The notes: generated by a model not told the origin, from the letters alone. A stretch of DNA of 64,000 bases from Candidatus Sulfomarinibacteraceae bacterium (GCA_963796455.1 CAWCLO010000001.1:480001-544000); one strand, 5' to 3'; counted from the stretch's first letter, positions 34,766-44,786 are shown. A program made the numbers and translations.

Positions 34766-35005
34766 GATCCCGTTTCCGAAAAGGAGAAAGGGAGAAAGGG
34801 AGAAAGGGAGAAAGGGAGAACCCTACCGGATGCACCGTTCGTGATAAGGGCCGTGTCTCCCCTGCTCCCCTTCCCTGCTCCCCTGCTCCCCTGCTCCCCT
34901 GCTCCCCTGCTCCCCTGCTCCCCTGCTCCCCTGCTCCCCTGCTCCCCTGCTCCCCTGCTCCCCTGCTCCCCTGCTCCCCTGCTCCCCTGCTCCCCTGCTC
35001 CCCTG
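34766..35005. repeat. Composite octamer repeat: (AAAGGGAG) about x5 - spacer - (CTCCCCTG) x16 perfect
   Basis: 16 consecutive perfect units at 34878-35005, with imperfect units from 34857. Confidence 0.93.
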
Positions 35006-35100
35006 TCCAAACATCCTCCCGGACTATTCGTAAGACGAAAAGGGTTACACTTGTTCAACGGGGCCGAAAGCGGTCACAAGCAGAAAACTCCGGGAGCCAA

Positions 35101-36681
35101 ATGACTGACAGCAAAAGCCGTTTCAATCCGATCGTCATCGCCCTTGTCGTCCTGATCACCGGCGCGACTGCCGGTGCGATCTTTGGCGAGCGAACGGTGC
35201 CCGACGAAGAAACCGAATTGATGCTGAGAGCGTCGCGAGTCGTCAACCTCCTGCTCGAGTGGTTACCGGCCGATCACGACCCGGCCGACATCGTCTATGA
35301 CGGCATCGGCGGCATGCTCGAGGTACTCGATCCCCACTCCAACTACCTGGATCCGAGGACGTTTCACAAGATGCGCTCTCGCCAGGAGGGCTCGTTCTAC
35401 GGGGTCGGTATCATCATTTCCCGGCGCAACGCAAAGATCACCGTCATCACACCGATGGCAGGCACTCCGGCAGCTTCCAAAGGTCTGCGGACAGGTGACG
35501 TGATCTCGGCAGTCGAAGATCAACCTACCGAAGGCCTCAGCCTTGACGACGTGGTCGATCTTGTCCGGGGCCCCGAGGGCACCACCGTCAAATTGACCAT
35601 CGATCGTCCGGGCCTCAAGGACAGTTTCGACGTCGAGATCGAACGGACCCGAATCCCCCAGACAACCGTGCGCTACGCCTTTATGGCGCGACCGGAGATC
35701 GGCTACATCAGACTCTCGGAATTCACTTCATCGAGCACCCGCGAGGTCCGTGAAGCCATCGATCGCCTCGAAGAACAGGGCATGAAATCGTTGATATTTG
35801 ATCTTCGGAACAACCCCGGCGGGTCCCTCGACGCCGCGATCGGGGTCGCAGACGCTTTTCTCCAGGAGGGTGATCTCATCGTCACCACCCGCGGCCGCAC
35901 CCCCTCGAGCCATTCGACGCTCAACGCGCCCGGGAACGGAGAGCCCTTTGCCGGCCCGGTCGTGATTCTGGTCAACGAGGGATCGGCATCCGCTTCGGAA
36001 ATCGTCGCCGGCGCCGTGCAAGATCATGATCGGGGCGTGGTCCTCGGTGAGATCACCTGGGGCAAGGGTCTGGTGCAGACTGTATTCACCGTGCGCGACA
36101 CCGGTTTGGCCTTGACGACGGCGAGGTACTACACCCCCTCCGGCAGATCGATCCAGAGGGACTACGATTCGTACATCGACTACATCACCCATCGCAACGG
36201 CGACAACGGTGACGCGGAGATCTATTCGACGGATGCAGGTCGAACCGTGCTCGGCGGCGGCGGCATCACTCCCGATGTCACTCTCGAGAGCAGGCGCCTG
36301 TCCGAGAATCTGGGGCGTTTTTACGGCAACTCGGCTTTCTTCCGGTTTGGAATCGAGTTTCTCCAGGATATCGCCGAGGAAGAACAGCCTGCGATGGCAG
36401 AAAACCTCGTCGTCGACGACGAGCTGTTGGATCGCTTCTGGGCGTGGGTCATCAGTGAGGAGATCGCCACCAAGGATGCCATCGAGGAACTCAAAACGAA
36501 TCCCCAGGATGTGGCCGATGTCGGCCTCGGGATCCGGGTCGAAGTCATGAACGCAGTGCTCGGTCTGGAAGAGGGCTATCGGGCTGCCATGGAGGCGGAC
36601 AACCAGTTTGCCGCCGCGATCGAGCATCTCGAGGAAGCCGAAGACTTCTGGATCGCCTGGCAGACCGCCAATCTCGAATAG
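35101..36681 (+). CDS. S41 carboxyl-terminal processing protease with PDZ domain
   Basis: LDPHSNY, GVGI, DLRNNPGG, SASASEIVAGA and GKGLVQ. Confidence 0.93.
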   Translation: MTDSKSRFNPIVIALVVLITGATAGAIFGERTVPDEETELMLRASRVVNLLLEWLPADHDPADIVYDGIGGMLEVLDPHSNYLDPRTFHKMRSRQEGSFYGVGIIISRRNAKITVITPMAGTPAASKGLRTGDVISAVEDQPTEGLSLDDVVDLVRGPEGTTVKLTIDRPGLKDSFDVEIERTRIPQTTVRYAFMARPEIGYIRLSEFTSSSTREVREAIDRLEEQGMKSLIFDLRNNPGGSLDAAIGVADAFLQEGDLIVTTRGRTPSSHSTLNAPGNGEPFAGPVVILVNEGSASASEIVAGAVQDHDRGVVLGEITWGKGLVQTVFTVRDTGLALTTARYYTPSGRSIQRDYDSYIDYITHRNGDNGDAEIYSTDAGRTVLGGGGITPDVTLESRRLSENLGRFYGNSAFFRFGIEFLQDIAEEEQPAMAENLVVDDELLDRFWAWVISEEIATKDAIEELKTNPQDVADVGLGIRVEVMNAVLGLEEGYRAAMEADNQFAAAIEHLEEAEDFWIAWQTANLE

Positions 36682-36732
36682 GAATTTCGGGTCTGGAAAC
36701 TGGGAACTCAAGCGAGTGAAGGTGGGCGATCG

Positions 36733-36772
36733 GAAATTTCGAAATCCGAAATTCGAAATTCGAATCTGAAAA
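36733..36772. repeat. Heptamer array (CGAAATT)n between convergent genes
   Basis: CGAAATC CGAAATT CGAAATT CGAATCT. Confidence 0.8.
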
Positions 36773-37219
36773 TCAATTGGCGGCGTCTTCCCAGATCAGC
36801 GTGACGGGTCCGTCATTGACGAGATCGACCTCCATCATGGCGCCGAAGACACCCGTTTCGACATTGATATCGAGATCTCTCAGGAGGCTCACGAAGTCCT
36901 CGAAGAGCGGTGCCGCCTGATCGCCGGGCATGGCGTGGTCAAAACTCGGGCGACGGCCCTTACGAATCGATCCCGCAAGGGTGAACTGGGACACCGCCAG
37001 AACCGAACCTCCAACTTCGTCGAGGCCCAAATTCATGCGATCCTCAGCGTCCGAGAATACGCGCAGGGTCGCGAGACGGCGGGCGGCGCGCTCGATCACG
37101 TCGCGACCATCACCCTTCTCGAGACCGACGAGAACGACCAGCCCCGTTTTGATGCCGCCAACCATCTTGTCCGCGACCCGGACCTCGGCTCGCGACACCC
37201 TTTGAATCACCATCTTCAT
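36773..37219 (-). CDS. dtd: D-aminoacyl-tRNA deacylase
   Basis: VIQRV, SQFTL, GRRPSF and NDGPVT. Confidence 0.97.
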   Translation of the reverse strand: MKMVIQRVSRAEVRVADKMVGGIKTGLVVLVGLEKGDGRDVIERAARRLATLRVFSDAEDRMNLGLDEVGGSVLAVSQFTLAGSIRKGRRPSFDHAMPGDQAAPLFEDFVSLLRDLDINVETGVFGAMMEVDLVNDGPVTLIWEDAAN

Positions 37220-38784
37220 TCCGCTTCTCCACGTTGGAAGGTCGTCATCAGGAGGCGCAGTTCACGCCCCCCCAACACCGTCACCAATCCGACATAGACC
37301 ACGGCCGCCGGCAGCAACACGGTGGTGATACGAAGCGCCGCGGCCAACGAGGTGTGGTCGATGTCGGCAAGCCACGGCCGAACCATCATCAACCCGCCAG
37401 CAAGGGCCGCCGCGGCGACGATCTGGCGAAGGACCGCAACAAAGGCGGCCGCGTGCGGCCCGCTGCCGAAACCATGCCGGAGCGCGTAGAGCGCGGTCAG
37501 AAAAAGGGCGAAACACGCCATGGCGATCGTGTTGGCCCACCCCAGCCCGGCAGTCCCGTAGGGGCCCACCATGAGCGCGCACATCGCGGTGAAGATGATC
37601 AGGGCCATCAAGCTCCCCCACATCGGGGTGCGGGTGTCTTTCTGGGCAAAAAACGCGCTCGCCATCACCTTGACGTGGCCCGTTCCGACAAGCGAAAAAG
37701 CGTAGGCTCCCAGGGTGAGGCCGGTGACCGCGACATCGTTTGCATCGAATCGGCCTCCGCCAAAGAGCAGACCGATGATTGGTTGCGCCAGGACAGTCAT
37801 CACAACCGCCGATGGCAGGGTCACGAAACTAACAAGAGTGGCCGTCCTGACCAGTGTCTGCGAGGCCTGCTCCGGGGCCTCCTTGAGTTCCCGCGACAAC
37901 AAGGGAAGGAGGACTGTCGTCAGCTGAACCACCACCAAACCAAAGACGAGTTCGGTGACCCGGTAGGCCCCATATGTGTGGCTCACACCGGAATCGATAA
38001 AGGACGCAAAACGATTCGAAATCAATTGATTGAGTTGGTTGATACCGAGAACCGGAATTCCCGGCAGCATCAAAAACAGCACTCCACGAACCTTTGGATC
38101 GCGAAAGCCCGACCAGAGGGGTTTGAGAGAAAAACCCAGCCGACGGACGGCCGGTGCCTGGACGGCGAACTGCAGCAAGCCACCAATCAACACCGCGACG
38201 GAAAGGATCGGAGCCGGGTTGTCGACCTTCGGCAGCACCCCCCACGCAACGATGGCGATGGTGCAGTTGTAGAACATCGGAGTCGCTGCCGAGAGCAGGA
38301 ACTTCTCGTGGCTGTTGAGGACCGCCTGCAGTATGGCCGCCAGTGAAATGAAGAGGAGATACGGAAACATGATCCTGTTCATCAGGACCGTCGTTTCGAG
38401 TTTTCCCGGTGTCGCGGCAAAACCCTCGGCATACAGGCGGACCAGCCATGGGGCGACCAGGATCCCGAGCGCCACAACGGCACCGACCACCAAAATAAGG
38501 ACAGCGAGCATGCCCCGGAACAGTTCGACCGCCTCCTTGCGGTCGCCGTTTTTTCCAGTCAGTTGGGCCAACGTCGGTACAAACGCTGCGTGCAGGGTGC
38601 CCTCGGCGAAGAGTCCCCGAAAAGCATTCGGAATCCGGTTTGCCGTACGATACATGTCGTAGAGATGGCCGGCGCCAACCACCGAAAACAAAGCCTTGTC
38701 TCGGAGGTAGCCCGTGATTCTGCAAAACAGAGTCACCACCGCCATCCGGGATGCGTGGCGAACGACGCGTTGTTCCTGACCCAT
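37216..38784 (-). CDS. murJ: Lipid II flippase MurJ
   Basis: RITGYLRD, RIPN.FR.LFAEG..AAFVP and FFAQKDTRTP. Confidence 0.93.
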   Translation of the reverse strand: MGQEQRVVRHASRMAVVTLFCRITGYLRDKALFSVVGAGHLYDMYRTANRIPNAFRGLFAEGTLHAAFVPTLAQLTGKNGDRKEAVELFRGMLAVLILVVGAVVALGILVAPWLVRLYAEGFAATPGKLETTVLMNRIMFPYLLFISLAAILQAVLNSHEKFLLSAATPMFYNCTIAIVAWGVLPKVDNPAPILSVAVLIGGLLQFAVQAPAVRRLGFSLKPLWSGFRDPKVRGVLFLMLPGIPVLGINQLNQLISNRFASFIDSGVSHTYGAYRVTELVFGLVVVQLTTVLLPLLSRELKEAPEQASQTLVRTATLVSFVTLPSAVVMTVLAQPIIGLLFGGGRFDANDVAVTGLTLGAYAFSLVGTGHVKVMASAFFAQKDTRTPMWGSLMALIIFTAMCALMVGPYGTAGLGWANTIAMACFALFLTALYALRHGFGSGPHAAAFVAVLRQIVAAAALAGGLMMVRPWLADIDHTSLAAALRITTVLLPAAVVYVGLVTVLGGRELRLLMTTFQRGEAE

Positions 38785-38852
38785 CGCGTTTAAGGTATCA
38801 CCGCTGCCGGCGCGACGGCATGTCCATGATGCGGCAGGATCATGGCAAAACT

Positions 38853-38941
38853 CGGCTTGGGGCCTGGGGCCTGGGGCTCGCATCTCCAGACGATCGATCT
38901 CGCGTCAGAGTGCCTCAAGCCCCAGGTCTCAAGCCTCAGGC
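38853..38941. repeat. Inverted heptamer arrays (GGCCTGG)n / (CCTCAAG-like)n in the murJ-ssb divergent gap
   Basis: GGCTTGG GGCCTGG GGCCTGG GGCT ... GCCTCAA GCCCCAG GTCTCAA GCCTCAG. Confidence 0.75.
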
Positions 38942-39045
38942 CACTTTGACGAACCGAGGCGTGAGAATTGAATCGCGCACCCACGAAGGGCGGTCGCCAT
39001 TGTGTTAATATTCACCCGTCCCTGCCACGCAAAGAGGAGATAATC

Positions 39046-39453
39046 ATGGGTATCAACAAAGCCACGCTCCTGGGTAATGTCGGCCAGGATCCGGAAATCA
39101 AAACCCTTCCCAGCGGAACCCGCCTTGCCACCTTTTCACTGGCCACATCCGACCGCAGATCAAAGGACGAAAACGGAAACCCGCGCACTGAATGGCACAA
39201 TCTGGTGGTGTGGGACCGCTTGGTCGATGTCGTCGAACGATATGTGACCAAGGGCAAACAACTCTATATCGAGGGCCAGATTCGGACTCGCAAGTACGAG
39301 GTCGAAGGGGTGACCAAGTATCGGACCGAAATTCATGTCCGGGAGATGGAGATGCTCGGCGGCCGTGGAAGCGGCGGCGATACGGGCCCCCGCGAAGACT
39401 ACGGCGCGGTGGCGCAGGGCTTTCCAGACGATGCGGACGACGTGCCTTTCTGA
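39046..39453 (+). CDS. ssb: Single-stranded DNA-binding protein
   Basis: NKATLLGNVGQDPE, TEWH and C-terminal DDVPF; GAGGAG RBS. Confidence 0.97.
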   Translation: MGINKATLLGNVGQDPEIKTLPSGTRLATFSLATSDRRSKDENGNPRTEWHNLVVWDRLVDVVERYVTKGKQLYIEGQIRTRKYEVEGVTKYRTEIHVREMEMLGGRGSGGDTGPREDYGAVAQGFPDDADDVPF

Positions 39454-39479
39454 TCAACGAACGAACACTTTCGATTTCG

Positions 39480-39518
39480 ACGCCTCCCGCACCCTGTGCA
39501 GGAGGCGTTGTTATTTTG
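39480..39518 (+). terminator. Probable terminator after ssb
   Basis: ACGCCTCC-CGCAC/GTGCA-GGAGGCGT stem followed by TGTTATTTT. Confidence 0.6.
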
Positions 39519-39553
39519 TGCCAATCATTCACCAGGAATCGCCGTGCTAACCC

Positions 39554-39582
39554 TTGACAATGATTGAGGTTCTGTATAACGT
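39554..39582 (+). promoter_or_regulatory. Sigma-70 promoter for the HU/IHF gene
   Basis: TTGACA-17 nt-TAACGT, overlapping TATAAC. Confidence 0.6.
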
Positions 39583-39615
39583 CTCAATTCCCCGCGTCCG
39601 GGGAAGGAGGAGTGG

Positions 39616-39885
39616 ATGATCAAGTCGGATCTGGTCGAGAGGGTCATGCAGGCCACCGATCTCCCGAAACCGAAAGCCAGCGAAGCAGTCAATGCCCTCT
39701 TCGAGGGAATGAAGACTGCCCTGCTGCGAGGCGACCGCATCGAGTTGCGCGGTTTTGGGGTGTTTCAGGTCAAAGACCGAAAACGTGGAATCGGCAGAAA
39801 CCCGAAGACCGGCCGTGAAGTCGAGATTCCACCCGGCAAGACCATCCGCTTCAAACCTGGAAAAGCACTACGTGACATGAGCTGA
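39616..39885 (+). CDS. HU/IHF family DNA-binding protein
   Basis: IELRGFGVF, GRNPKTG and FKPGK; AAGGAGG RBS. Confidence 0.95.
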   Translation: MIKSDLVERVMQATDLPKPKASEAVNALFEGMKTALLRGDRIELRGFGVFQVKDRKRGIGRNPKTGREVEIPPGKTIRFKPGKALRDMS

Positions 39886-39887
39886 CA

Positions 39888-40844
39888 GTGGTCTCTCCCG
39901 AGGCCATGAGACCAATCGGCCCCGACGGACCGCCCGCCGGGGCCTTCTCTTTTTCAAGGCCTGAATACCAGCCCAGGTGGTGGCTGCATCTTCTCCTTTT
40001 CGTGCTCACTTTCGCCAGCACCACCGTCATCGGTGGGTTGGTGTGGGCCGGACTGCCACCCGAAATGGCGCGGCTCGGGCTGATCGGCATCCTTTTCGAC
40101 CCGAGGCTCTACGTCGCCGGACTCAAGTTTTCCGTCCCCCTGATGACGATTCTCTCCTGCCACGAACTCGGCCACTACCTCGCGGCCCGCCACTACGGCT
40201 TGAGGGTCACCCCCCCGTTCTTTCTCCCGTTTCCGGTGCCCCTCCTCGGCATCGGCACCCTGGGTGCCGTCATCCGGATCAAGGACCCGATCGCCAACAA
40301 AAGACAGCTGCTCGATGTCGGCGCGGCCGGACCGATCGCCGGTTTTGTTGCGTTGCTTCCCTTTCTTGCCTACGGCATCGCCGCCTCCGAGGTCGGGGTG
40401 GCACCGACAGATGGTGCCGGCTACCTCGAATTCAGTGAACCGCTCGTCTATCAGCTGTTGGAAATGCTGATCCGACCCGGTCTGGGGGATGATCTCACCC
40501 TGTGGCTGCACCCGACGGGTGTGGCGGCATGGTTCGGAGTCTTCATCACCCTGCTCAACATGCTGCCCTTTGCGCAGCTTGACGGCGGTCATGTGACCTA
40601 TGCTCTGCTGGGAAAGTGGCACCGGAGGCTCGCCTGGCCGCTGCTGGGCGGTCTGGCGGGTCTCGGATTTGTCTGGCCGGGGTGGTGGTTGTGGGTCGTC
40701 ATCGCGATCATCATGAGACCGCAACACCCGAGATTGTGGGACGAAGACGTGCCCCTCGATCCCTGGAGAAAGCTCGCAGGGTGGACGGCGATCGTGATCT
40801 TCATCCTCTGCTTTATGGCCGAGCCGATCAAGATCGTGCTCTGA
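39888..40844 (+). CDS. Site-2 protease (M50) family protein
   Basis: HELGH, AGPIAG and NMLPFAQLDGGH. Confidence 0.92.
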   Translation: MVSPEAMRPIGPDGPPAGAFSFSRPEYQPRWWLHLLLFVLTFASTTVIGGLVWAGLPPEMARLGLIGILFDPRLYVAGLKFSVPLMTILSCHELGHYLAARHYGLRVTPPFFLPFPVPLLGIGTLGAVIRIKDPIANKRQLLDVGAAGPIAGFVALLPFLAYGIAASEVGVAPTDGAGYLEFSEPLVYQLLEMLIRPGLGDDLTLWLHPTGVAAWFGVFITLLNMLPFAQLDGGHVTYALLGKWHRRLAWPLLGGLAGLGFVWPGWWLWVVIAIIMRPQHPRLWDEDVPLDPWRKLAGWTAIVIFILCFMAEPIKIVL

Positions 40845-40868
40845 CGGGCACGATCTTGAATTTGGAAT

Positions 40869-41137
40869 CATTGCTGTCCAAAACAGATCGTCCTTTGAAT
40901 GCACCCACCTGACAACTCGAGACCTACGGATTGGCTTTTGGCCATATCCGGTTCCCGGTTCTCCCGTGTCCGCGTCCCCGTCCGAATCAAGCGGCAGCGA
41001 CAGCGTTCAGTGTTCAGCGGCAGTGAGCAGCGACAGGGAACAGCGGTCAGCGATCAGTACTCAGCGATCCGCGGTAACGGTCAGGAGTCCAGGCGGCGAA
41101 GCTACCACCTCCGGGTCGTTCAAAGGAACGGGTAGCC
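40869..41137. mobile_element. TIR element copy 6 (half copy, opposite orientation)
   Basis: AT-CATTGCTGTCCAAAACAGATC, CCCACCTGACAAC, CAGCG-rich arm and CCACCTCCGGGTCGTTCAA. Confidence 0.8.
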
Positions 41138-41181
41138 GCGGGAATCGCGATCCGGAACACCCAGAAACCAACTCGCAGGTC

Positions 41182-41988
41182 TCACTTCTCCCGACTAAAA
41201 ACCGTTGCCAGGAAACCGAGCATCGCTTCGGTGACCGCCTGCGGTTGTTCGAGGGCCGAGAGGTGGCCGGAACCGGGAATCACGGTCAACGATGCGTTCG
41301 GAAGCACCTCCACCATCTGCCGTGAAACCGACGGAGGCAGGGTCCTGTCTTCGTCACCGACGATCACCAGCGCCGGCATCGCGACCTCGCGGAGCCGGTC
41401 GAGCACCGAATCGCGCCGCACGAGGGCGCCGAGAGTGGCGCTGATGGACGGCAGGTGGACCGAAGTGAATTTCTCCGCCCACTCATCGACGAGTCCCGGA
41501 TTCTCTCGAAAGGTCGTCTTGCCGAACATGAGCGGAAGAACGCCGGGCAGAAACGGCCGCAGGCCAAAGGTTTTCGCACCGAGATTCATCGCCGCGTATT
41601 TGATCTTTTTGAAAGCCTTTTCACGACCGGCGTGGGTATCGACGAGGATCAGCGCCAGGACCCGATCTGAAGCAGTCAAAGCAGCCCGCATGGCCACCAT
41701 GCCACCGATCGACAAGCCGCACCACACCGCTCGGTCGATGTCCAACTCGTCAAGGACCGCAACGACGTCATCGACCATATCGTAGAGTTCGAACTTCCCT
41801 GCGACGGGCCCGGATCGACCGTGGCCTCGCTGGTCGACATTGATGACGCGGTAGTGTTCGGCCAGAGGACCGATCTGCGCCGCCCACATCTCGCCCGAGC
41901 AGAGAAAGCTGTGACCGAGAACGATGGGTGGCCCGTCGCCGTGGTCTTCGAAGTAGATGCGAACTCCATCGTGTTCGATTTCGGGCAT
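41182..41988 (-). CDS. Alpha/beta hydrolase (enol-lactone hydrolase-like)
   Basis: DQRGHGRS, GLSIGG, VGDED and GHLS..EQP. Confidence 0.9.
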   Translation of the reverse strand: MPEIEHDGVRIYFEDHGDGPPIVLGHSFLCSGEMWAAQIGPLAEHYRVINVDQRGHGRSGPVAGKFELYDMVDDVVAVLDELDIDRAVWCGLSIGGMVAMRAALTASDRVLALILVDTHAGREKAFKKIKYAAMNLGAKTFGLRPFLPGVLPLMFGKTTFRENPGLVDEWAEKFTSVHLPSISATLGALVRRDSVLDRLREVAMPALVIVGDEDRTLPPSVSRQMVEVLPNASLTVIPGSGHLSALEQPQAVTEAMLGFLATVFSREK

Positions 41989-42039
41989 GGGGTGCCTCCT
42001 GGTGTGTCGTTAGGATTTTGGCGTGGCCATCGTAGTGGA

Positions 42040-42286
42040 AAGGGCGAGAGGAGGAAAGGGAGATCGGCCGGATGCTCGATACTGGATGTTCGATACTGGA
42101 TCCCGAGCCCGAGCCCGTTGCCGCTACCGAAAGGGAGAAAGAGTGAGAGGGAGAGAAAGGGAGAACCATCCGGCAACCATTTCGTGCGCGTGCGAATGCC
42201 GCCTCCAGATGTCATCCTGAGCGGAGCCCCACGTTGTCACGGCGCAGCCTGAAAGGCGAAGACGGAAGGGGCGGAGTCGAAGGATC
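42040..42286. repeat. Stacked repeats: purine octamers, (GATRCTN) heptamers, hexamers, shared 75-bp module and half palindrome
   Basis: GATGCTC GATACTG GATGTTC GATACTG GATCCC; AAAGGGAGAACC...GCGAATG.CGCCTCC.GATGTCATCCTGAGCGGAGCCC as at 31913-31986. Confidence 0.75.
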
Positions 42287-42299
42287 TATGAGGTGGAAC

Positions 42300-42828
42300 C
42301 ACTGCTGTCCAAAACTGCTCGTCAATTGAAGTTGCCCACCTGACACCACGAGGTTGACCGGTTGGTTTTTGGCATTTCCGGTTCGTGGTTGCTCCGGGGT
42401 CCGAGTCCGCGTCCAAATTACAGCGGCAGCGACAGTGTGCAGTGGCAGCGACACCGACAGTGATCAGCGGCAGGGAACAGCGACAGAGGACAGCGTTCGG
42501 CGGCAGCGATCAGGAGTCCAGTCGGCGAAACGGCCACCTCCGGGTCTTTCAACAAAAGGAACAGCCGCTGTGGTGTCGGCGTCGCGCCTGCCCACCGTGC
42601 GGCCGAGACGGCCGCACCACCAAGGCCGGATCCCCGAGGAATTAGTGCTGTTCACTGTCCCGGCCGCTGATCGCTGACGCTGATGACTGAACACTGCCGC
42701 TGGCGACTGTTCGCTGTCGCTGCCCCGGCCGCTGATCGCTGACGCTGACTCCTGATAGCTGACGCTGTCTGCCGTTCCCCGTCGCTGTCCCTGCACGCTT
42801 ATCCGAAACTCAGTCTTGGACAAGAGTG
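42300..42828. mobile_element. TIR element copy 7 (two-ended, opposite orientation, REP-like doublet as cargo)
   Basis: CACTGCTGTCCAA...TTGGACAAGAGTG; doublet at 42569-42620. Confidence 0.85.
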
Positions 42829-42854
42829 ATCGAACATTGAGTAACCGTGGGGAT

Positions 42855-42922
42855 CTCCCTTTCTCCCTTCTCCCCCCTTCTCCCTTTCTCCTCTGCCCTT
42901 CTGCTCATCTGCTCCTCTGCTT
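42855..42922. repeat. Pyrimidine octamer tract (CTCCCTTT)n then (CTCCTCTG-like)n
   Basis: Complement of the AAAGGGAG tracts, followed by degenerate CTCCTCTG units. Confidence 0.7.
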
Positions 42923-42958
42923 TTCGACCCGTCCGGGATCGGGTGGTAATCTCTGCTG

Positions 42959-44164
42959 ATGGAAACAGTGACCCGTATCCTCTGCACGACATCGGAGATC
43001 AGCCTCAAGGGGGGCAACCGCCGGTGGTTCGAGCGCACGCTCACCGACAATATTCGAAAAGTCCTGATCGGACTGCCGAAGGCCCGGATCGCACGGCCTG
43101 CGTGGCGGGTCCTCATCAGCTTCGCGGAACCCGTCGCATTCGACGACGCCGCGCGACGGTTGGGCACGGTCTTCGGGATCGGTGCGATCATGGCCGTCGA
43201 ACACGCCGGCTCCACGATGGATGATCTTCAGAATCTCATCGAGGGCCGGATTGTTGATCTCGAAGCCTCCAGCTTCGCGGTCCGCTGCCAACGATCGGAC
43301 AAGAGATTCCCTCTCACTTCTCCTGAGATCGAGCGTTCGCTCGGATCCTTCATCCAGGAGCGTACGAACTGGCCGGTCCAGCTCAAGGGCCCCGACCTCA
43401 CGATTCACGTCCTGGTGGATGAAAATGGGATCTTCACCTGGACCCGTCGAATCAAAGGTCCCGGCGGCCTGCCGGTTGGCGTTGGGGGGAGAGCGACCTG
43501 CCTGCTCTCCGGTGGCATCGACTCTCCGGTCGCCGCTTATCAGATGATGAAGCGCGGTATGCAGATCGATTTCGTTCACTTCCACTCGGTGCCACGCACC
43601 GACCCGGCAAGCCTGGAAAAGGTCGAGGATCTGGTCAGGATTCTGATCCGCTATCAGCGGCCCGCCCGCCTCGCCATGGTGCCGCTTTTACCGATACAAG
43701 AGGAGATCGCCGCCCTTTGTCCGGCGGAACTGCGAGTCCTTCTGTACCGGCGATTCATGACTCGGTTGGCCGAAAAGGCGGCACATCGATTTCGATCCGA
43801 TGCACTCATTACCGGCGAAGCGCTGGGCCAGGTGGCATCGCAGACCATCCAGAATCTCAGGGCGGTCGAATCGGTGGCCACCATGCCGGTCCTTCGACCA
43901 CTGGTCTGTTTTGACAAACCCGAGATCATCGATATCGCACGACGGATGGGCACCTACGAGACCTCAATCCTCCCCCACTTCGATTGCTGCTCGTTTCTCC
44001 TGCCCGACAGCCCCGCCACCAAGTCAACCAAGGGAGAGCTCGATCGAGCCGAGGAAGCTCTCGACGTGGACGCGTTGGTCAGATCAGCGCTCGACGAAAC
44101 TGATGTGCGCCGCTTCGAGGAACCGGTCCCGTGGGACGAGATCCCACTACCGGAGGGGGTGTGA
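42959..44164 (+). CDS. thiI: tRNA 4-thiouridine synthase ThiI (no rhodanese domain)
   Basis: EISLKGGNR, THUMP domain, GGLPVG, LLSGGIDSPVA, GQVASQT and DCC. Confidence 0.95.
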   Translation: METVTRILCTTSEISLKGGNRRWFERTLTDNIRKVLIGLPKARIARPAWRVLISFAEPVAFDDAARRLGTVFGIGAIMAVEHAGSTMDDLQNLIEGRIVDLEASSFAVRCQRSDKRFPLTSPEIERSLGSFIQERTNWPVQLKGPDLTIHVLVDENGIFTWTRRIKGPGGLPVGVGGRATCLLSGGIDSPVAAYQMMKRGMQIDFVHFHSVPRTDPASLEKVEDLVRILIRYQRPARLAMVPLLPIQEEIAALCPAELRVLLYRRFMTRLAEKAAHRFRSDALITGEALGQVASQTIQNLRAVESVATMPVLRPLVCFDKPEIIDIARRMGTYETSILPHFDCCSFLLPDSPATKSTKGELDRAEEALDVDALVRSALDETDVRRFEEPVPWDEIPLPEGV

Positions 44165-44165
44165 G

Positions 44166-44777
44166 GTGAGCGACGACCGGCACCGATCGCGTCGCGACTT
44201 CCTCACCGGTTGGTTCGACGCATTCAAAACCGCATCGACAGCGGCCACCGGCGCATCCAAAACCAACCCGGAGACCGCGCTTCGGCCGCCGGGCGCACTC
44301 AAACCGGACGCGGATTTTCTCGCCGCCTGTACCGGTTGCGGCGACTGTGTGCCGGTTTGTCCAACCGACAGCATCATCACCATCGATCACGAGGACGGAA
44401 AAAAAATCCCGGTCATCGATCCCTCGGTCAAAGCCTGTTATCTGTGCACCGAGCTTCCCTGCATCGCAGCCTGTGGCGAGGGGGCCCTGGTGGATCCGGG
44501 AGGACCCGATCGGGTTCGCCTGGGCATTGCCCGGGTCAGCCCGAAAAGGTGCGTCACCTTCAAAGGGGAGAGCTGTCGCAGTTGTTATACGGCCTGTCCC
44601 TACCCGGACATGGCGATCATGTTGATCGGCAATAGACCCCTGATCGGCAGCGGTGCCTGCACCGGCTGCGGTCTGTGTGAAATGGCTTGCCCGGAATACC
44701 CCAAGGCCATCACCGTCATCGCCGAACGAAACCTCGTCCCCGGCCTCCGAATCCCCAAGGACGAACAAGCGGGCTGA
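44166..44777 (+). CDS. Multi-4Fe-4S ferredoxin (NapF/NapG/MauM-like)
   Basis: SRRDFL, LRPPGA and four Cys clusters. Confidence 0.85.
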   Translation: MSDDRHRSRRDFLTGWFDAFKTASTAATGASKTNPETALRPPGALKPDADFLAACTGCGDCVPVCPTDSIITIDHEDGKKIPVIDPSVKACYLCTELPCIAACGEGALVDPGGPDRVRLGIARVSPKRCVTFKGESCRSCYTACPYPDMAIMLIGNRPLIGSGACTGCGLCEMACPEYPKAITVIAERNLVPGLRIPKDEQAG

Positions 44778-44786
44778 AGTGAGCAA

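Noticed and set aside
34857..35005. CRISPR array
   Set aside because: Contiguous 8-bp tandem units without unique spacers; no cas genes.
34699..35104. ORFs with GAGEQGSR / PAPLLPCS repeats (also SRGAEEQR at 31969-32271)
   Set aside because: They are translations of octamer VNTRs that lack stop codons, with no RBS or other coding evidence.
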